NCBI GenBank assembly: GCA_965215195.1
Contig: CBDCDC010000002.1
Coordinates: 640,001-704,000, forward strand
Direction: 5' to 3'
Length of the DNA: 64,000 nucleotides
From: Candidatus Latescibacterota bacterium
GTDB taxonomy: Bacteria > Latescibacterota > UBA2968 > UBA8231
Every line of letters begins with the position of its first letter. Within the stretch, counting starts at the first letter, position 1. The notes under the pieces are model-generated. The model did not search any database, was not told the origin of the DNA, and was given only the letters and a program-made list of their open reading frames with translations. Of this stretch, positions 37,986 through 48,335 are shown in pieces. A program made the position numbers and the translations under genes.

Positions 37986-38504
37986 TCAGGCTGCGGAGGA
38001 AAAGTTCTCTTCGATAAAACGGACGATGTACCTAAACGAGACCAAGCCAACCGGGCGGTCGTCATCGTCCAACAGCGGCACGTGGCGGAAGCCGTGGATA
38101 CTCATCAAATGCAGAGCATGCTGCACGGCCGCATCGGCTTTGAGCGCGGTGGGCCGCGGCGTCATCAGGCTCTCGACCGCGATCTGTTCCAGATTGCCGA
38201 TCAAGCCCGCCACCCGGTAGAGGACGTCGCGCTCGGTAAATATGCCAATTAGCTGCCCGCTCTCGCCGGTCACCAACACGCAACCGACGTGCCGCTCCTT
38301 GAGCAGCGAGATGACCTCGGCCAACGGGGTGGTTGGCGACACGCAGACCAGTTCCTGCGGATTGAGCGCGGAAAGCGGCTCGGTGAAAATTTCCTTGAAC
38401 TCCCCGCTTCCCCAATCTTGGTACGCTTCGCTCAGGCTCTGGCCGCACTCCTCGCAGAGGTCAACTCCAGAGATATTGTCGTGGGAACACGAAGGGCAAA
38501 TCAA
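37986..38504 (-). CDS. Zinc-ribbon + CBS-pair protein
   Basis: CPSC-x10-CEEC N-terminus; GIFTERD and FRHVP CBS motifs; TTG start after AGGAGA. Confidence 0.85.
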   Translation of the reverse strand: MICPSCSHDNISGVDLCEECGQSLSEAYQDWGSGEFKEIFTEPLSALNPQELVCVSPTTPLAEVISLLKERHVGCVLVTGESGQLIGIFTERDVLYRVAGLIGNLEQIAVESLMTPRPTALKADAAVQHALHLMSIHGFRHVPLLDDDDRPVGLVSFRYIVRFIEENFSSAA

Positions 38505-38515
38505 TGGCTCTTCTC

Positions 38516-39535
38516 CTATTCGACGACCCAAGTATCGCCCGCGCTAAACAGGGCCGCGAGATCGCCTGCACCCCGCTGTTGGGTCGTCGCGGCGACTTGG
38601 TCGAACAGCAACTCGGTGTAGGTCGGCCGGTCGAGGGCGCGCAGTACGCCAAAGGGCAGCGGCAGCAAGGGGTATTCCATTCGGCTGAGCATATAGGCGT
38701 AGCTGGCGTTTTCGCGCCCTTCGCGATGCACAACCAACTCGTCTGCGGCCACGTCGCTGAGCGCGACGACCTCGGGCTCGGTGCCGTTCATGCGAATGCC
38801 TCGGTCCCGGTCCTTGCCAAAGACGAGGGGCTGTCCCTCCTCCAAGAACACGATATTGTCGTCGCGCACGTCCGAATCCGTGGTGTGCTGCCAAGCCGTG
38901 GGGTTGAGCACGACGCAGTTTTGGTAGATCTCGACAAAGGCTGCGCCCTCGTGTTGGGCCGCTCGTCTGAGCACGTAGCTCAGGTGCTTGGTATTGGTGT
39001 CCTGCGTGCGGGCGACAAAGGTCGCTTCGGCACTCAGCGCCACGGATATCGGATTGAGCGGATAGTCAATCGACCCCATGGGGGTAGAGGTGGTGCGGTG
39101 CCCTAGCAGCGAGGTCGGCGAGTACTGGCCCTTGGTAAGCCCGTAGATGCGGTTGTTGAACAGAATAATTTTCAGATCGACATTGCGCCGGAGGCTGTGC
39201 AGGAGATGATTGCCACCAATCGAGAGCCCGTCGCCATCGCCGGTGATGACCCAGACGCTCAAATCTGGGTTGGCCGTCTTGATCCCGGTGGCGATCGTGG
39301 GTGCGCGCCCGTGGATCGAGTGAATGCCGTACGTATTCATGTAGTAGGGAAAGCGGCTAGAGCAGCCAATCCCAGAGACGAATACGATGTTTTCCCGCGG
39401 GACCCCCACTTCGGGCAGCATCTTTTGCATTTGGGCCAAAATCGCGTAGTCGCCGCACCCGGGACACCAGCGGACCTCTTGGTCGGAGACGAAATCCTTG
39501 CGGCTCAACCTAGTTTCTACAACAGCTTCGGCCAT
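38516..39535 (-). CDS. korB: 2-oxoacid:ferredoxin oxidoreductase subunit beta
   Basis: WCPGCGD, SGIGCS, HGRA, GDGD...NN, YGLTKGQ. Confidence 0.93.
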   Translation of the reverse strand: MAEAVVETRLSRKDFVSDQEVRWCPGCGDYAILAQMQKMLPEVGVPRENIVFVSGIGCSSRFPYYMNTYGIHSIHGRAPTIATGIKTANPDLSVWVITGDGDGLSIGGNHLLHSLRRNVDLKIILFNNRIYGLTKGQYSPTSLLGHRTTSTPMGSIDYPLNPISVALSAEATFVARTQDTNTKHLSYVLRRAAQHEGAAFVEIYQNCVVLNPTAWQHTTDSDVRDDNIVFLEEGQPLVFGKDRDRGIRMNGTEPEVVALSDVAADELVVHREGRENASYAYMLSRMEYPLLPLPFGVLRALDRPTYTELLFDQVAATTQQRGAGDLAALFSAGDTWVVE

Positions 39536-39550
39536 CTCGAGCTCCCTGCT

Positions 39551-41425
39551 TTAGCTTAGCACTTGGCGAATTTTGTCGGCCACTTCCCGAATTTGGAAGG
39601 GGCATCCTTGGACCTTGTTCAGCTTGACGACGCGCACCGGGAAGTGCGCCTGGACCAACAGGGCCAATTGGCCGAGGTTCAGCTCGGGCACCAACACTTG
39701 CTTGTAGCGACCGAGCGCGTTGCCGAGGTTGCGGGGAAACGGGTTCAAGTAGCGCAGGTGCGCGCAGGCCACGTCGAAGCCCTCGCTGCGCACTTGCTCA
39801 ACGGCGGCGCGAATGGCACCGTAGGTTCCCCCCCAGCCCAAGACCAGCAGATCTCCTTGCTCGGGGCCGGTCACTTCCAGTTCGGGAATGAAGCGGGCAA
39901 TGCCGCGGATTTTGTCGGCTCGGACGTGGACGATGCGCTCGTGGTCTTCGGGCGCGTAGGAGACATTGCCCGTCACATCTTGCTTGCCCAAGCCGCCGAT
40001 CCGGTGCTCCATCCGCGGCGTCCCCGGCAAAACCCAGGGCCTAGCCAAGGTCTGCGGGTCGCGCATGTAGGGTTGGTACCCGTCGGGATCGGTGTACGGC
40101 TCGGCATCAATGGCCGCGATTGAATCTGGGTCTGGTATTTTCCACGGCTCGGAGTTGTTGGCCACGTACCCGTCGGACAGGAGAAAAACCGGCGTCATAT
40201 AGCGAATGGCAATGCGGAAGGCCTCGATGGCTATGTCGAAGCATTCGCCCGGGGTCGCCGGAGCAAGGACCGGGATCGGGCTTTCGCCGTTGCGTCCGTA
40301 GAGCACCTCCAGCAAATCGGCCTGCTCGGTCTTGGTGGGCAAGCCCGTGCTGGGGCCGCCGCGCTGGACATCAATGACCACCAGCGGCAGTTCCATAACT
40401 ACGGCCAAATTGATCCCCTCGCTCTTGAGCGCGATCCCCGGGCCGCTGCTGGCGGTAGCTGCGAGACTGCCGGCAAAGGCCGCGCCAATTACCGAGCCCA
40501 TGGCCGCGATCTCGTCCTCGGCTTGGAACGTCCGCACATCGAAGTTCTTCAGTGCTGCCAAGCCCTCTAGTATGGTGCTAGCTGGCGTGATGGGGTACGA
40601 GCCGTAAAAGAGCGGTTTGCCGGCCTTTTGCGCGGCCGTTACTAGCCCCAAGACGAGCGCGTCGTTGCCGGTGATCCGCTTGTACACCCCCGGTTCGACA
40701 ACCTGCCGCCTCGGCACCAAGACCTGTGTCTGAAAGGTCTCGGCCGTTTCGCCGTAGTAGTAGCCCGCTTTCAAGGCCCTCGTATTGGCCTCAACGACCT
40801 CGGGCCGGCCGGCGAACTTGGTCTCGTAAAACTTGAGCGTGTAGTCGAGCGGGCGGTCGAACATCCAAAACACCAAGCCCAAGACAAAGGCATTCTTGCA
40901 CCTGTCCTTCGCTTGGTTGCTCATGCCTTCGATGTCGGCGAGGGCATTGCGGGTCAGGGTGGTCAAGGGGACCGTATGCACGTCGTAGCCGCTGAGGCTG
41001 CCGTCTTCGAGCGGGTTTTTCTCGTACCCGGCCTTGCGGAGGCCATTGCGATTGAACGGATCGGTATTGACGATGATGGTCCCGCCCGGCTCGAGATCGG
41101 GCAAATTGGCCTTGAGCGCGGCCGGATTCATCGCCACCAGCACTTGGGGCGAATCGCCGGCCGTGTAGAGATCGTTGGCGGCAAAGTTGACCTGATAGCC
41201 GCTCAGCCCAGGGATGGTCCCAGCCGGGGCGCGGATTTCGGCGGGAATGTCGGGGAAAGTGCTGACATCGTTGCCCACCACGGCCGAAGTATTGGTAAAC
41301 TGCCCGCCGGTTAGCTGCATCCCATCGCCCGAATCGCCGGAAAATGAGATGACGACAGATTGGCGTTCTTCTTGCGAGTGCTCTCGCTTGCTTGTAGGTG
41401 CCGACAAGGCCACGATTTCGGCCAT
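39551..41425 (-). CDS. korA: 2-oxoacid:ferredoxin oxidoreductase subunit alpha (gamma-alpha fusion)
   Basis: GDSGDGMQLTG, YPITPAS, QAEDEIAA, QRGGPSTGLPT; ATG 41425 after AAGGAGG. Confidence 0.93.
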   Translation of the reverse strand: MAEIVALSAPTSKREHSQEERQSVVISFSGDSGDGMQLTGGQFTNTSAVVGNDVSTFPDIPAEIRAPAGTIPGLSGYQVNFAANDLYTAGDSPQVLVAMNPAALKANLPDLEPGGTIIVNTDPFNRNGLRKAGYEKNPLEDGSLSGYDVHTVPLTTLTRNALADIEGMSNQAKDRCKNAFVLGLVFWMFDRPLDYTLKFYETKFAGRPEVVEANTRALKAGYYYGETAETFQTQVLVPRRQVVEPGVYKRITGNDALVLGLVTAAQKAGKPLFYGSYPITPASTILEGLAALKNFDVRTFQAEDEIAAMGSVIGAAFAGSLAATASSGPGIALKSEGINLAVVMELPLVVIDVQRGGPSTGLPTKTEQADLLEVLYGRNGESPIPVLAPATPGECFDIAIEAFRIAIRYMTPVFLLSDGYVANNSEPWKIPDPDSIAAIDAEPYTDPDGYQPYMRDPQTLARPWVLPGTPRMEHRIGGLGKQDVTGNVSYAPEDHERIVHVRADKIRGIARFIPELEVTGPEQGDLLVLGWGGTYGAIRAAVEQVRSEGFDVACAHLRYLNPFPRNLGNALGRYKQVLVPELNLGQLALLVQAHFPVRVVKLNKVQGCPFQIREVADKIRQVLS

Positions 41426-41473
41426 GCACACGACCTCCTTAAAAAGAAAAAATCCTCGCCCCGCAGCCCATGC

Positions 41474-41941
41474 TCAAGCTCCCTCTTTGGTGCGGGCTAT
41501 GCGCTCGGGGTCAGGCGGCAGATTGTAGATGTCTTCGGGAAACTGATCGGTGAGAAAGCGGATGACCTCGTGTTGGGGCAAATTCCCCTTTATGCGGCCG
41601 TTTTCATCTACAATCGGCACGTTGCGGTAGTCGCCAGCGTTCATCAGCCGCAGGGCAAAACTGATCGGCTGCTGGGCATCCAAGCTATGCGGATCGCGGG
41701 TCATAAACTCGGCCACCGGCCGCGTCCACGTCGCCGGCTGGTCGGCCACCTTAGTGAGCGCATCGCGCTCGGTAAAAATCCCCACCAAGCGGCCGTCCTC
41801 TTCCACCAGCACGGCGCTGACGTGTTGGTGGCGCATTTTCTTGAGCGCTTCGACGACCGGGTCCTGCGGGTCGCACACCGCGTACCCGTCCAGATCCAGA
41901 TGGCCGATGACCTCTTCATGTAACTTCTGCACAACCTTCAT
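41474..41941 (-). CDS. CBS-pair protein
   Basis: GIFTERD, MTRDP, YRNVPIVD. Confidence 0.88.
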   Translation of the reverse strand: MKVVQKLHEEVIGHLDLDGYAVCDPQDPVVEALKKMRHQHVSAVLVEEDGRLVGIFTERDALTKVADQPATWTRPVAEFMTRDPHSLDAQQPISFALRLMNAGDYRNVPIVDENGRIKGNLPQHEVIRFLTDQFPEDIYNLPPDPERIARTKEGA

Positions 41942-42140
41942 TGGAAAGCCCCTTTATCGGGGCCTGAATACCGCATTATTCACCTCTTTTACTTGAGCAT
42001 CTATATTCAAAAAAAGATAGATAGGAGCGATACAACCCGCAAGGTAATATGTTGCAACGACGCTGCGGCCTTTACTTTTAAGCCTTTGGGCCGTAAAGCC
42101 ATACCGCGGAAGCCCAAGTCTTGTCGCGCCTTGGGAGTCA

Positions 42141-44231
42141 TCAGCGCGCCAAATCCACCACCCAATCCGCGGCCGCCCGCACCATCGGATGCCGGTCGGC
42201 AACCACGACCGTGGCCCCCCGATCCACCAGCCCCCGCAAGGCCGCAATCATCAAGCGCACGTCTTCCGGGTGATCGCCGCTGGCCGGGTCGTCGATCAGC
42301 ACCCAAGTGCGCTGAGAAGCCCGCGTCGATTCGAGCGCCAGCCGCAGCCGCAACCACTCCCCCCGCTCCAGCCCCTGCACTTCTTGCCCCAAAAGCAGAT
42401 AGCCGAGGCCGCAGCCGACTGCTGCCTCTAGGCGCGGGCGAATTGAGTCGTGCCGGGCAAAGTGGGTGCGAGCCTCTTCCAAGGTCATGCCCAACACATC
42501 GGCCATGCTCGCGCCGCGCAGGGTCACCTCGCAGATTTCGTCTCGGTATCTGCGGCCCGTGCAAGCGGCGCAAGCGAGGGCTATATCTTCTATAAACTCC
42601 AAATCGAAGTAGCATTGGCCGCGGCCTTCGCAGCTCGGACAGCGCCCCCCCGGCCGATCCAACAAGAACGCGTCCCGAGGCCAGCCACGCGCCGTTGCAA
42701 CGGGCGCTGCGGCGTACAAATCGGCGATGCGCTCGAAAAGACCTAGGCCTGCCAAAACCGTGGCCTTGCCGCGCGGAGCTTCTACCGTTGCAACTCGGCT
42801 GTTCCTCGGTGCGCCCGCAGCGGCGTACTCGACGGGCCGCCCCTTGAGCAGCGGTAGCAAGACCTCGTGCAGCAAGCGGGTTTTGCCGCTGCCGGAAGGC
42901 CCGCACACGCAGGTCAACTTCCCGTGCGGCAGCTCAATAGCAAGCGGCCCGACCACACCGCTCCCGCGCATGACCAACGCGGGCGTAGCTTGCGCGGCGA
43001 CTCGTTCCTCATCCGCTCCATTTAGCTCCATCTCGGTCGCCTCCCCCACTTGCGCCCGCCCCTCTGCAAACGCCCAGACCTCGTCCGCGACTGCCACGAG
43101 TTCAGGCGTGTGGTCCAACAACAGCGCGGTATTGCCGCCAGCGACCAGTCGGCGCAGACCCGCCGCGACCGCGTCCAACGGGCTGCCCAACCCCTCTAAA
43201 ATGTAGAGGATGCCCGTCAGGCCGCTGCTGAGACAGGACGCCAGTTGCAGGCGCTGCCACTCGCCCGCCGCCAGCGATTCGAGCCGGCGGCTCAACGGCA
43301 GGTGCTCCAGTCCCAAGCCGCAGGCTTCGGCGAGCGCGTCCTCTACTTTGGCGCGTCCATGATGAGCAGCGGCCAGCTCGCGCAACGAGCCAAGGGGAGC
43401 GTCCAATAGCTCGTCCATGGTGCGGCCGTGCAGAGTCATTTGACCCGCTAAGGACTGGTCCGCCTCAGCCAACGGCTCGTACTGGCGGCCGCATTCATTG
43501 CAGGTCGGCTGCTGGTTCAAGTGCATCATCTCGCTGGTCCCGTCCACCCAAACCACTGTCCGCCCCGCCGAAATAGAGCGGCTCACGCGCACGGCTTCTA
43601 AAAAGCGCACACTGGCGTTCGGGTCTGGCACCAAGCGATCCACCACGACGTGTACCTCGCTTTCGCTACTGGGCAATGCCGGCCCGGCACCTGCCAACCG
43701 CTGGATCTGGCCGTCGATAGCGACTCGCGTAAATCCGGCCTGCGCGAGCTGGTGCCACATGCCTGCGTTCCGCAGGGTCAAAGGGGCCAGCACCAAACAG
43801 CGGGAGCCTGGATAAACGCGGGCCACCGCGCGCTCCACCTCATCGGCCGCATAGCTGCGGCAGATTCCGCTGCATTCGCGGCAGTGCATCTGACCCTCTT
43901 CCAACATGATCTGCGCCAAAATCCCGTCTAGCTGCAAGTAGGACCCGACCGTGCCCCCGCGACGCGGTGCCCCCAAATAAATGGTCGGCGGCAAGCCCGA
44001 GATCTCATCTACATCAGCGCACACCGTCCCGCCAACGTTCTCGCGTTCAGCCGGAGACAGGGCCTGCATGTAGCGCCGACGGCTCTCGGCGTAGAGGATT
44101 TCTAAGGCCATGGCGCGGCGGCCGCTGCGGCTGCGGCCGGTAAAGCAAATGACCCGGCCCAGCGGCAAGTCCATATTGACGTTGGCGAGACCGCCCGCCC
44201 GGGCACCGCGCACACAGAGGGTGGCTTTCAA
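42141..44231 (-). CDS. Degenerate, shortened UvrA-like ABC protein
   Basis: LYAESRRRY, zinc fingers (CREC, CNEC, GRCPSCEG, CAAC), second Walker A GPSGSGKT; first Walker A and both signature motifs are altered. Confidence 0.8.
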   Translation of the reverse strand: MKATLCVRGARAGGLANVNMDLPLGRVICFTGRSRSGRRAMALEILYAESRRRYMQALSPAERENVGGTVCADVDEISGLPPTIYLGAPRRGGTVGSYLQLDGILAQIMLEEGQMHCRECSGICRSYAADEVERAVARVYPGSRCLVLAPLTLRNAGMWHQLAQAGFTRVAIDGQIQRLAGAGPALPSSESEVHVVVDRLVPDPNASVRFLEAVRVSRSISAGRTVVWVDGTSEMMHLNQQPTCNECGRQYEPLAEADQSLAGQMTLHGRTMDELLDAPLGSLRELAAAHHGRAKVEDALAEACGLGLEHLPLSRRLESLAAGEWQRLQLASCLSSGLTGILYILEGLGSPLDAVAAGLRRLVAGGNTALLLDHTPELVAVADEVWAFAEGRAQVGEATEMELNGADEERVAAQATPALVMRGSGVVGPLAIELPHGKLTCVCGPSGSGKTRLLHEVLLPLLKGRPVEYAAAGAPRNSRVATVEAPRGKATVLAGLGLFERIADLYAAAPVATARGWPRDAFLLDRPGGRCPSCEGRGQCYFDLEFIEDIALACAACTGRRYRDEICEVTLRGASMADVLGMTLEEARTHFARHDSIRPRLEAAVGCGLGYLLLGQEVQGLERGEWLRLRLALESTRASQRTWVLIDDPASGDHPEDVRLMIAALRGLVDRGATVVVADRHPMVRAAADWVVDLAR

Positions 44232-46135
44232 GGATGGGCCTGCGTCATGGAATCGATTTTCGCCTGCAAGCGCACGTCGTCGGGATTGTGTGCGTACAAA
44301 AACGCCCAGTGGGCTTCTGCTGCGCCGGGACGCCCCAAGCGCAAGAGCACTTCCCCGCGCCGGTAGTGCGCTTGGACGTGGTTGGAGTCGAGTTCGAGGG
44401 CCCGGGCAAAGGCATCCGCCGCGGCTTGGTCATTGCCCTGCTTGGCGTACACCAAGCCGAGGTTGAAATGCGCTCGGGCGTACTGCGGGTCAAGTGCAAG
44501 GGCCTGGGCAAAATGTTGCGCCGCCGCCGCCAGCTCTCCCAGCCGATAGTAGCACAGGCCGAGGTTGTTGTGCAGGCCGGGCGCGGGCCGAGCGCGGCTA
44601 AAGGCCGCAATCGCCGCCTCGTACTGGCCCGCGCCGAAGCGCTCTAACCCGCGTCTGATGTCCGAGTCGCCGCCTTCTTGTTGCGCCACTACGGCCGCTA
44701 GACCAGAGGCCGCGGGTGCAAAGGACGGGTCAATGCGCAGGGCCTCGCGGAACATGTTCTCGGCCGCCGCCCAATCCCCTCGGCGTTGGTACAGGGTGCC
44801 GAAATTGTAGTAATCGACCCGTTTGCGAGTCAGCCGCTCGGCCCCGGCGTCCCGGTAGTTGACCGGCAGCGCGACTAGGGCCACCAATAGGCACGACCCC
44901 AGCAGCCGGCCATGCGCCCCACCCGCCACCCAAGCCGCGGCGTTGGCCATCCAGCAAGCCGCGTAGAGCAAAATCACCGGCACGACGGGCAGGCGGTATT
45001 CCGAGGACGTGAAGAAAAGCAGGCACGCGGCCAGATAGCTCGCCAGATACAGGTCGAGCAGGGACGAGCGGCGACTGGTGGCCCAACCCGCGACCGCCAG
45101 CGGGGCCACCAGCCCCCACCCCAAAACGCACCAGCGCAACAGGGGCACCAAGTCCCGCGCCAAGTACAGACTCAGGTTGTTTTGCGCCTCGACTCCGTTC
45201 CAGAACATGTAGAGTTTGCGGCCTTGCAGCGCGAGGTACGCGAGGGGATTTTCCACGGCAAAGCGCAAGCCGGCCATGAGCCAAAATCTGGAGGCTTGGG
45301 CCGCAGTCAACTCCCGGCCGGTGCGCGCCTCGGCCTCGCGGATAAAGGCCTCGCGCTCCAAGTCCGGCTCGGCACTGGGCAGGAAATCGACCTGCGCGTA
45401 GATGCCGTTGGCCGCGGGGTGGTTGCCCACGTAGAAGTTCATCCCGGCTGAGGACGTGGTCAGCAGCCACTCGCCCCCGACGAGCAAGTTGCGCCAAGCC
45501 ACCGCACCCACCACGAGGCCGCAGCCCACGACCACCAACCCCCACTGCCGCCAACCACACCAGCCCGCGACCGCCGCGACAAACAGCAAGACCATGGGCC
45601 GCGCCGTAGCCGAAAGCCCCAACAGCAAGCCAGCACCCCACACCCCTTGCGCGTGCGCTAGGCAATACAGGGCCGCGAGATTCAGAAAGGTGATCGGCGC
45701 GGCGGTCAGCAGGGCCCCGTCGTAGAACACATACGGCTGATAGATCGCCGCCATGCCCGCGGCCAATAAGCCAATTCTTGCGCTCCATAATTTCCGGCCC
45801 AGCGCGTAGATCAAATAGCAACTACCCGTTCCCAGCGCGGCCTGCACCAAGCCAACCCACCAGTATTCAGCTCCCAACAGCGCGTAAATGGCGGCCAAAA
45901 AGTAGGAGTAAAACGGATTCATAAAAAAAGGCCGGTCGCCCAGCCAATCGCCCGCGACAATGGCCCGGGCGCGGCGATCGTAGAACTCGGAGTCGATCAG
46001 GAGCACGTCGAAGAGCGGCGTGTCAACCGCTTGGTAGAGATAGGCTAGGCGCACACCGAGAGCGGCGCTTAGGATTGCCCAGAGGATGGCTTCCTCGCGC
46101 TTCAGCCGCACCGCGCCGATACCTATGGTCGACAT
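44228..46135 (-). CDS. GT-C (GT39/PMT-like) glycosyltransferase with C-terminal TPR repeats
   Basis: N-terminal TM then LIDSEFY, ARP, NFYVGN, EYRLP; TPR motifs AHFNLG and HNNLG. Confidence 0.8.
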   Translation of the reverse strand: MSTIGIGAVRLKREEAILWAILSAALGVRLAYLYQAVDTPLFDVLLIDSEFYDRRARAIVAGDWLGDRPFFMNPFYSYFLAAIYALLGAEYWWVGLVQAALGTGSCYLIYALGRKLWSARIGLLAAGMAAIYQPYVFYDGALLTAAPITFLNLAALYCLAHAQGVWGAGLLLGLSATARPMVLLFVAAVAGWCGWRQWGLVVVGCGLVVGAVAWRNLLVGGEWLLTTSSAGMNFYVGNHPAANGIYAQVDFLPSAEPDLEREAFIREAEARTGRELTAAQASRFWLMAGLRFAVENPLAYLALQGRKLYMFWNGVEAQNNLSLYLARDLVPLLRWCVLGWGLVAPLAVAGWATSRRSSLLDLYLASYLAACLLFFTSSEYRLPVVPVILLYAACWMANAAAWVAGGAHGRLLGSCLLVALVALPVNYRDAGAERLTRKRVDYYNFGTLYQRRGDWAAAENMFREALRIDPSFAPAASGLAAVVAQQEGGDSDIRRGLERFGAGQYEAAIAAFSRARPAPGLHNNLGLCYYRLGELAAAAQHFAQALALDPQYARAHFNLGLVYAKQGNDQAAADAFARALELDSNHVQAHYRRGEVLLRLGRPGAAEAHWAFLYAHNPDDVRLQAKIDSMTQAHP

Positions 46136-46148
46136 GCTCTAGGGCAAC

Positions 46149-48197
46149 TCACGGCTGCACAACCCAATAGTGAAACGAAACAATCGGCCGCAAATCGCCG
46201 CCAAAGTGGATCGGCTGGGTCTCGATCTCGACGCGGCCGCGCACATCCGCGGCCGGTATCTGGCCGACGGCCAGTTCGAGCCACTGGCGGCCCGGCCCGC
46301 CCGGCAGCTCCACAGCGGCGATCTGCTTTCCATTGGCTACCACTGCAAAGTGCTGGGCAATGCCCGTAACCGTGCGCATGATTACAGCCGCCGGTTGGCC
46401 GGCGTTTAGCGCCACCTCCATCCGCTCGCCCCCGGTTATCGTCCGGCCCCCGTCGATGTACGCGGCTTGGGGATCGTCGGTAGCGCTCAGCACCAGCAGC
46501 AAGTTTGCCTCCCCGCTGCCGGGGACCCACACCTTAGACTGATAGCCGTGCCGACGTTCGCTTTCCAAGTTGGCGACATCCACTTTATCGATCACCCGCC
46601 AGCCCTCCTCTAAGAGTGCCTCGTTGCGGATGGGCTCGCCGCTGAGATCAGCGGCCCAGTGGGCCTGATACAACACCTTCTCGGCATCTATAATCGACGG
46701 CTCAAAGACGCGGATGCGGTGCAGCGGCTGCAAGAAGAGGCCTTCGGGGAAATTGAACCAATTGGGGAAAATGGCGAAGTACTGGGGGCGCTGGTCCGGC
46801 CGCATGGCTTCCAGCCGCTCGAATAGCGACCCGCTCCCGTGCCGCCAAGGCTGGCTGTTCCCGGCCGTGGTCAACCCGACTAAGTCGATGGTGTGGCGGC
46901 GGCTGAAGTAGCGCAGAGCACCAGCGTCGTTGACGGCAATGCGCGCACCGGAAGGCAGCTCGGCGTCTATAAAGTGCGCCATCTCGACCTGCTGGTTGCG
47001 GATATCGCTGCAATTTTCCCCGTACGCAACCGCGAAAAACCCCACCGACATCAACCCCCACAAGCCGAAAAAGCAAGCCAATCCCCGCGCCAGCTTGCGG
47101 CCCCACGCCCCCCCGGCCGCGTCCAAGCGACCCAAGCCCAAGGCGACAAAGAGAATGTAGAGCGGCAAGAACGGCTGCTGGTAGCGGTTGAAGTGGGCGT
47201 CGTATTCGACGAGGGTACAGGTGATTAAAACGCCGCCGACAAACCACGCCCCGCCCAATGCCGCTGCCCCAAGCCGCCGCTCGGACAGCTCGCCCCAGAG
47301 CCGATAGCTTAGCTCGGCGCAAAAAAATAGCGCCACAAACGGGGCAAACACCACGCGGCGGTAGTTGCCGTCGTACGCATACAAATGGACGCTGGTCTGA
47401 TGCCCCAGCGACCCGGCGAGGATTCCTTTGACAAATTCGGCAAAGTCGAAAAAGACGGCGCGGATCTGCTCGGGCAACGAGCCGTGCGGTTCGGCAAAGC
47501 GCCATTTGGCCTCGACTCCAGACGCCCCGGCCTCTCCCGTACACCAAGCCAGCAGCAGGGCCTGGAGCGCGTACGCTCCCAAAGGCACTCCCCACGGCCA
47601 GTTCAATGCCCGGCGATAGGCGACTAGCGCCAGCAGCAGCAAGACCAAGGCGATCCCCTCGGGCCGCGCCAACGCCAGCACGGCCGCCGCCAGCGGAGCA
47701 AGCCGGTCGTCTGTTAGGTATAGATACAGGGTCAGCAAGATGGCGCAGGCAAAGAGGCCGATGGCCATGCCGCTGTAGTAGCCCCACAGCAGCGGGCCGC
47801 ACAACAAGAACATCAACGCGGCCACCCAGCCGCTGAACGGGCCGCCCAACCTGCGGCCCAGCAGCAGGAGCAGCCACGCGCTCAACCCGAGCCACCCAAC
47901 TCCCAACGCCAACGCGTACAGCGCAATCCCCATCCCCTCCAGCCCCAGCCAAAAGCCCGGCACCAGCAGCAAAGTGTACAGCAGACTAGTCGCGCCGGCC
48001 GTTGGCTCAGCGCCGGTATTGTATTCGAGGAAGTGCCCTTGCGCCGCTTGCCGCGCGTACTGGAAATAGATGAAGGAATCGTCCAGCGGCAGGGCCAAGC
48101 GGCCGCCGGTGTGGTAGAGCATGGAGGCCGCAAAGACCACAAGCCACAAAAGGGCCAAGCCCCCAAGGATGGCCCCCTCTCGTCGAATTGCGTTCAT
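46149..48197 (-). CDS. GT-C-type membrane glycosyltransferase-like protein
   Basis: LDDSFIYFQYA, GATSLLY, ARPEG, RYQQP, DAGALRY...IDLVGL. Confidence 0.7.
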   Translation of the reverse strand: MNAIRREGAILGGLALLWLVVFAASMLYHTGGRLALPLDDSFIYFQYARQAAQGHFLEYNTGAEPTAGATSLLYTLLLVPGFWLGLEGMGIALYALALGVGWLGLSAWLLLLLGRRLGGPFSGWVAALMFLLCGPLLWGYYSGMAIGLFACAILLTLYLYLTDDRLAPLAAAVLALARPEGIALVLLLLALVAYRRALNWPWGVPLGAYALQALLLAWCTGEAGASGVEAKWRFAEPHGSLPEQIRAVFFDFAEFVKGILAGSLGHQTSVHLYAYDGNYRRVVFAPFVALFFCAELSYRLWGELSERRLGAAALGGAWFVGGVLITCTLVEYDAHFNRYQQPFLPLYILFVALGLGRLDAAGGAWGRKLARGLACFFGLWGLMSVGFFAVAYGENCSDIRNQQVEMAHFIDAELPSGARIAVNDAGALRYFSRRHTIDLVGLTTAGNSQPWRHGSGSLFERLEAMRPDQRPQYFAIFPNWFNFPEGLFLQPLHRIRVFEPSIIDAEKVLYQAHWAADLSGEPIRNEALLEEGWRVIDKVDVANLESERRHGYQSKVWVPGSGEANLLLVLSATDDPQAAYIDGGRTITGGERMEVALNAGQPAAVIMRTVTGIAQHFAVVANGKQIAAVELPGGPGRQWLELAVGQIPAADVRGRVEIETQPIHFGGDLRPIVSFHYWVVQP

Positions 48198-48335
48198 TTA
48201 CAAGTGAAGTTGCAAAACTCTAAGTGCGTGGAGGATTATTGAGTGCTGCGTCCGAGCGACGCACTACCGATTATTGCGCAGCGCCGAATATAATATAGAT
48301 TGAACCCCATCACGACTCTAACCCATCGAAAGATC

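Noticed and set aside
42007-42906. 299-aa alternative ORF
   Set aside because: Off-frame within the UvrA-like gene, with low-complexity Arg/Gly/Ala composition
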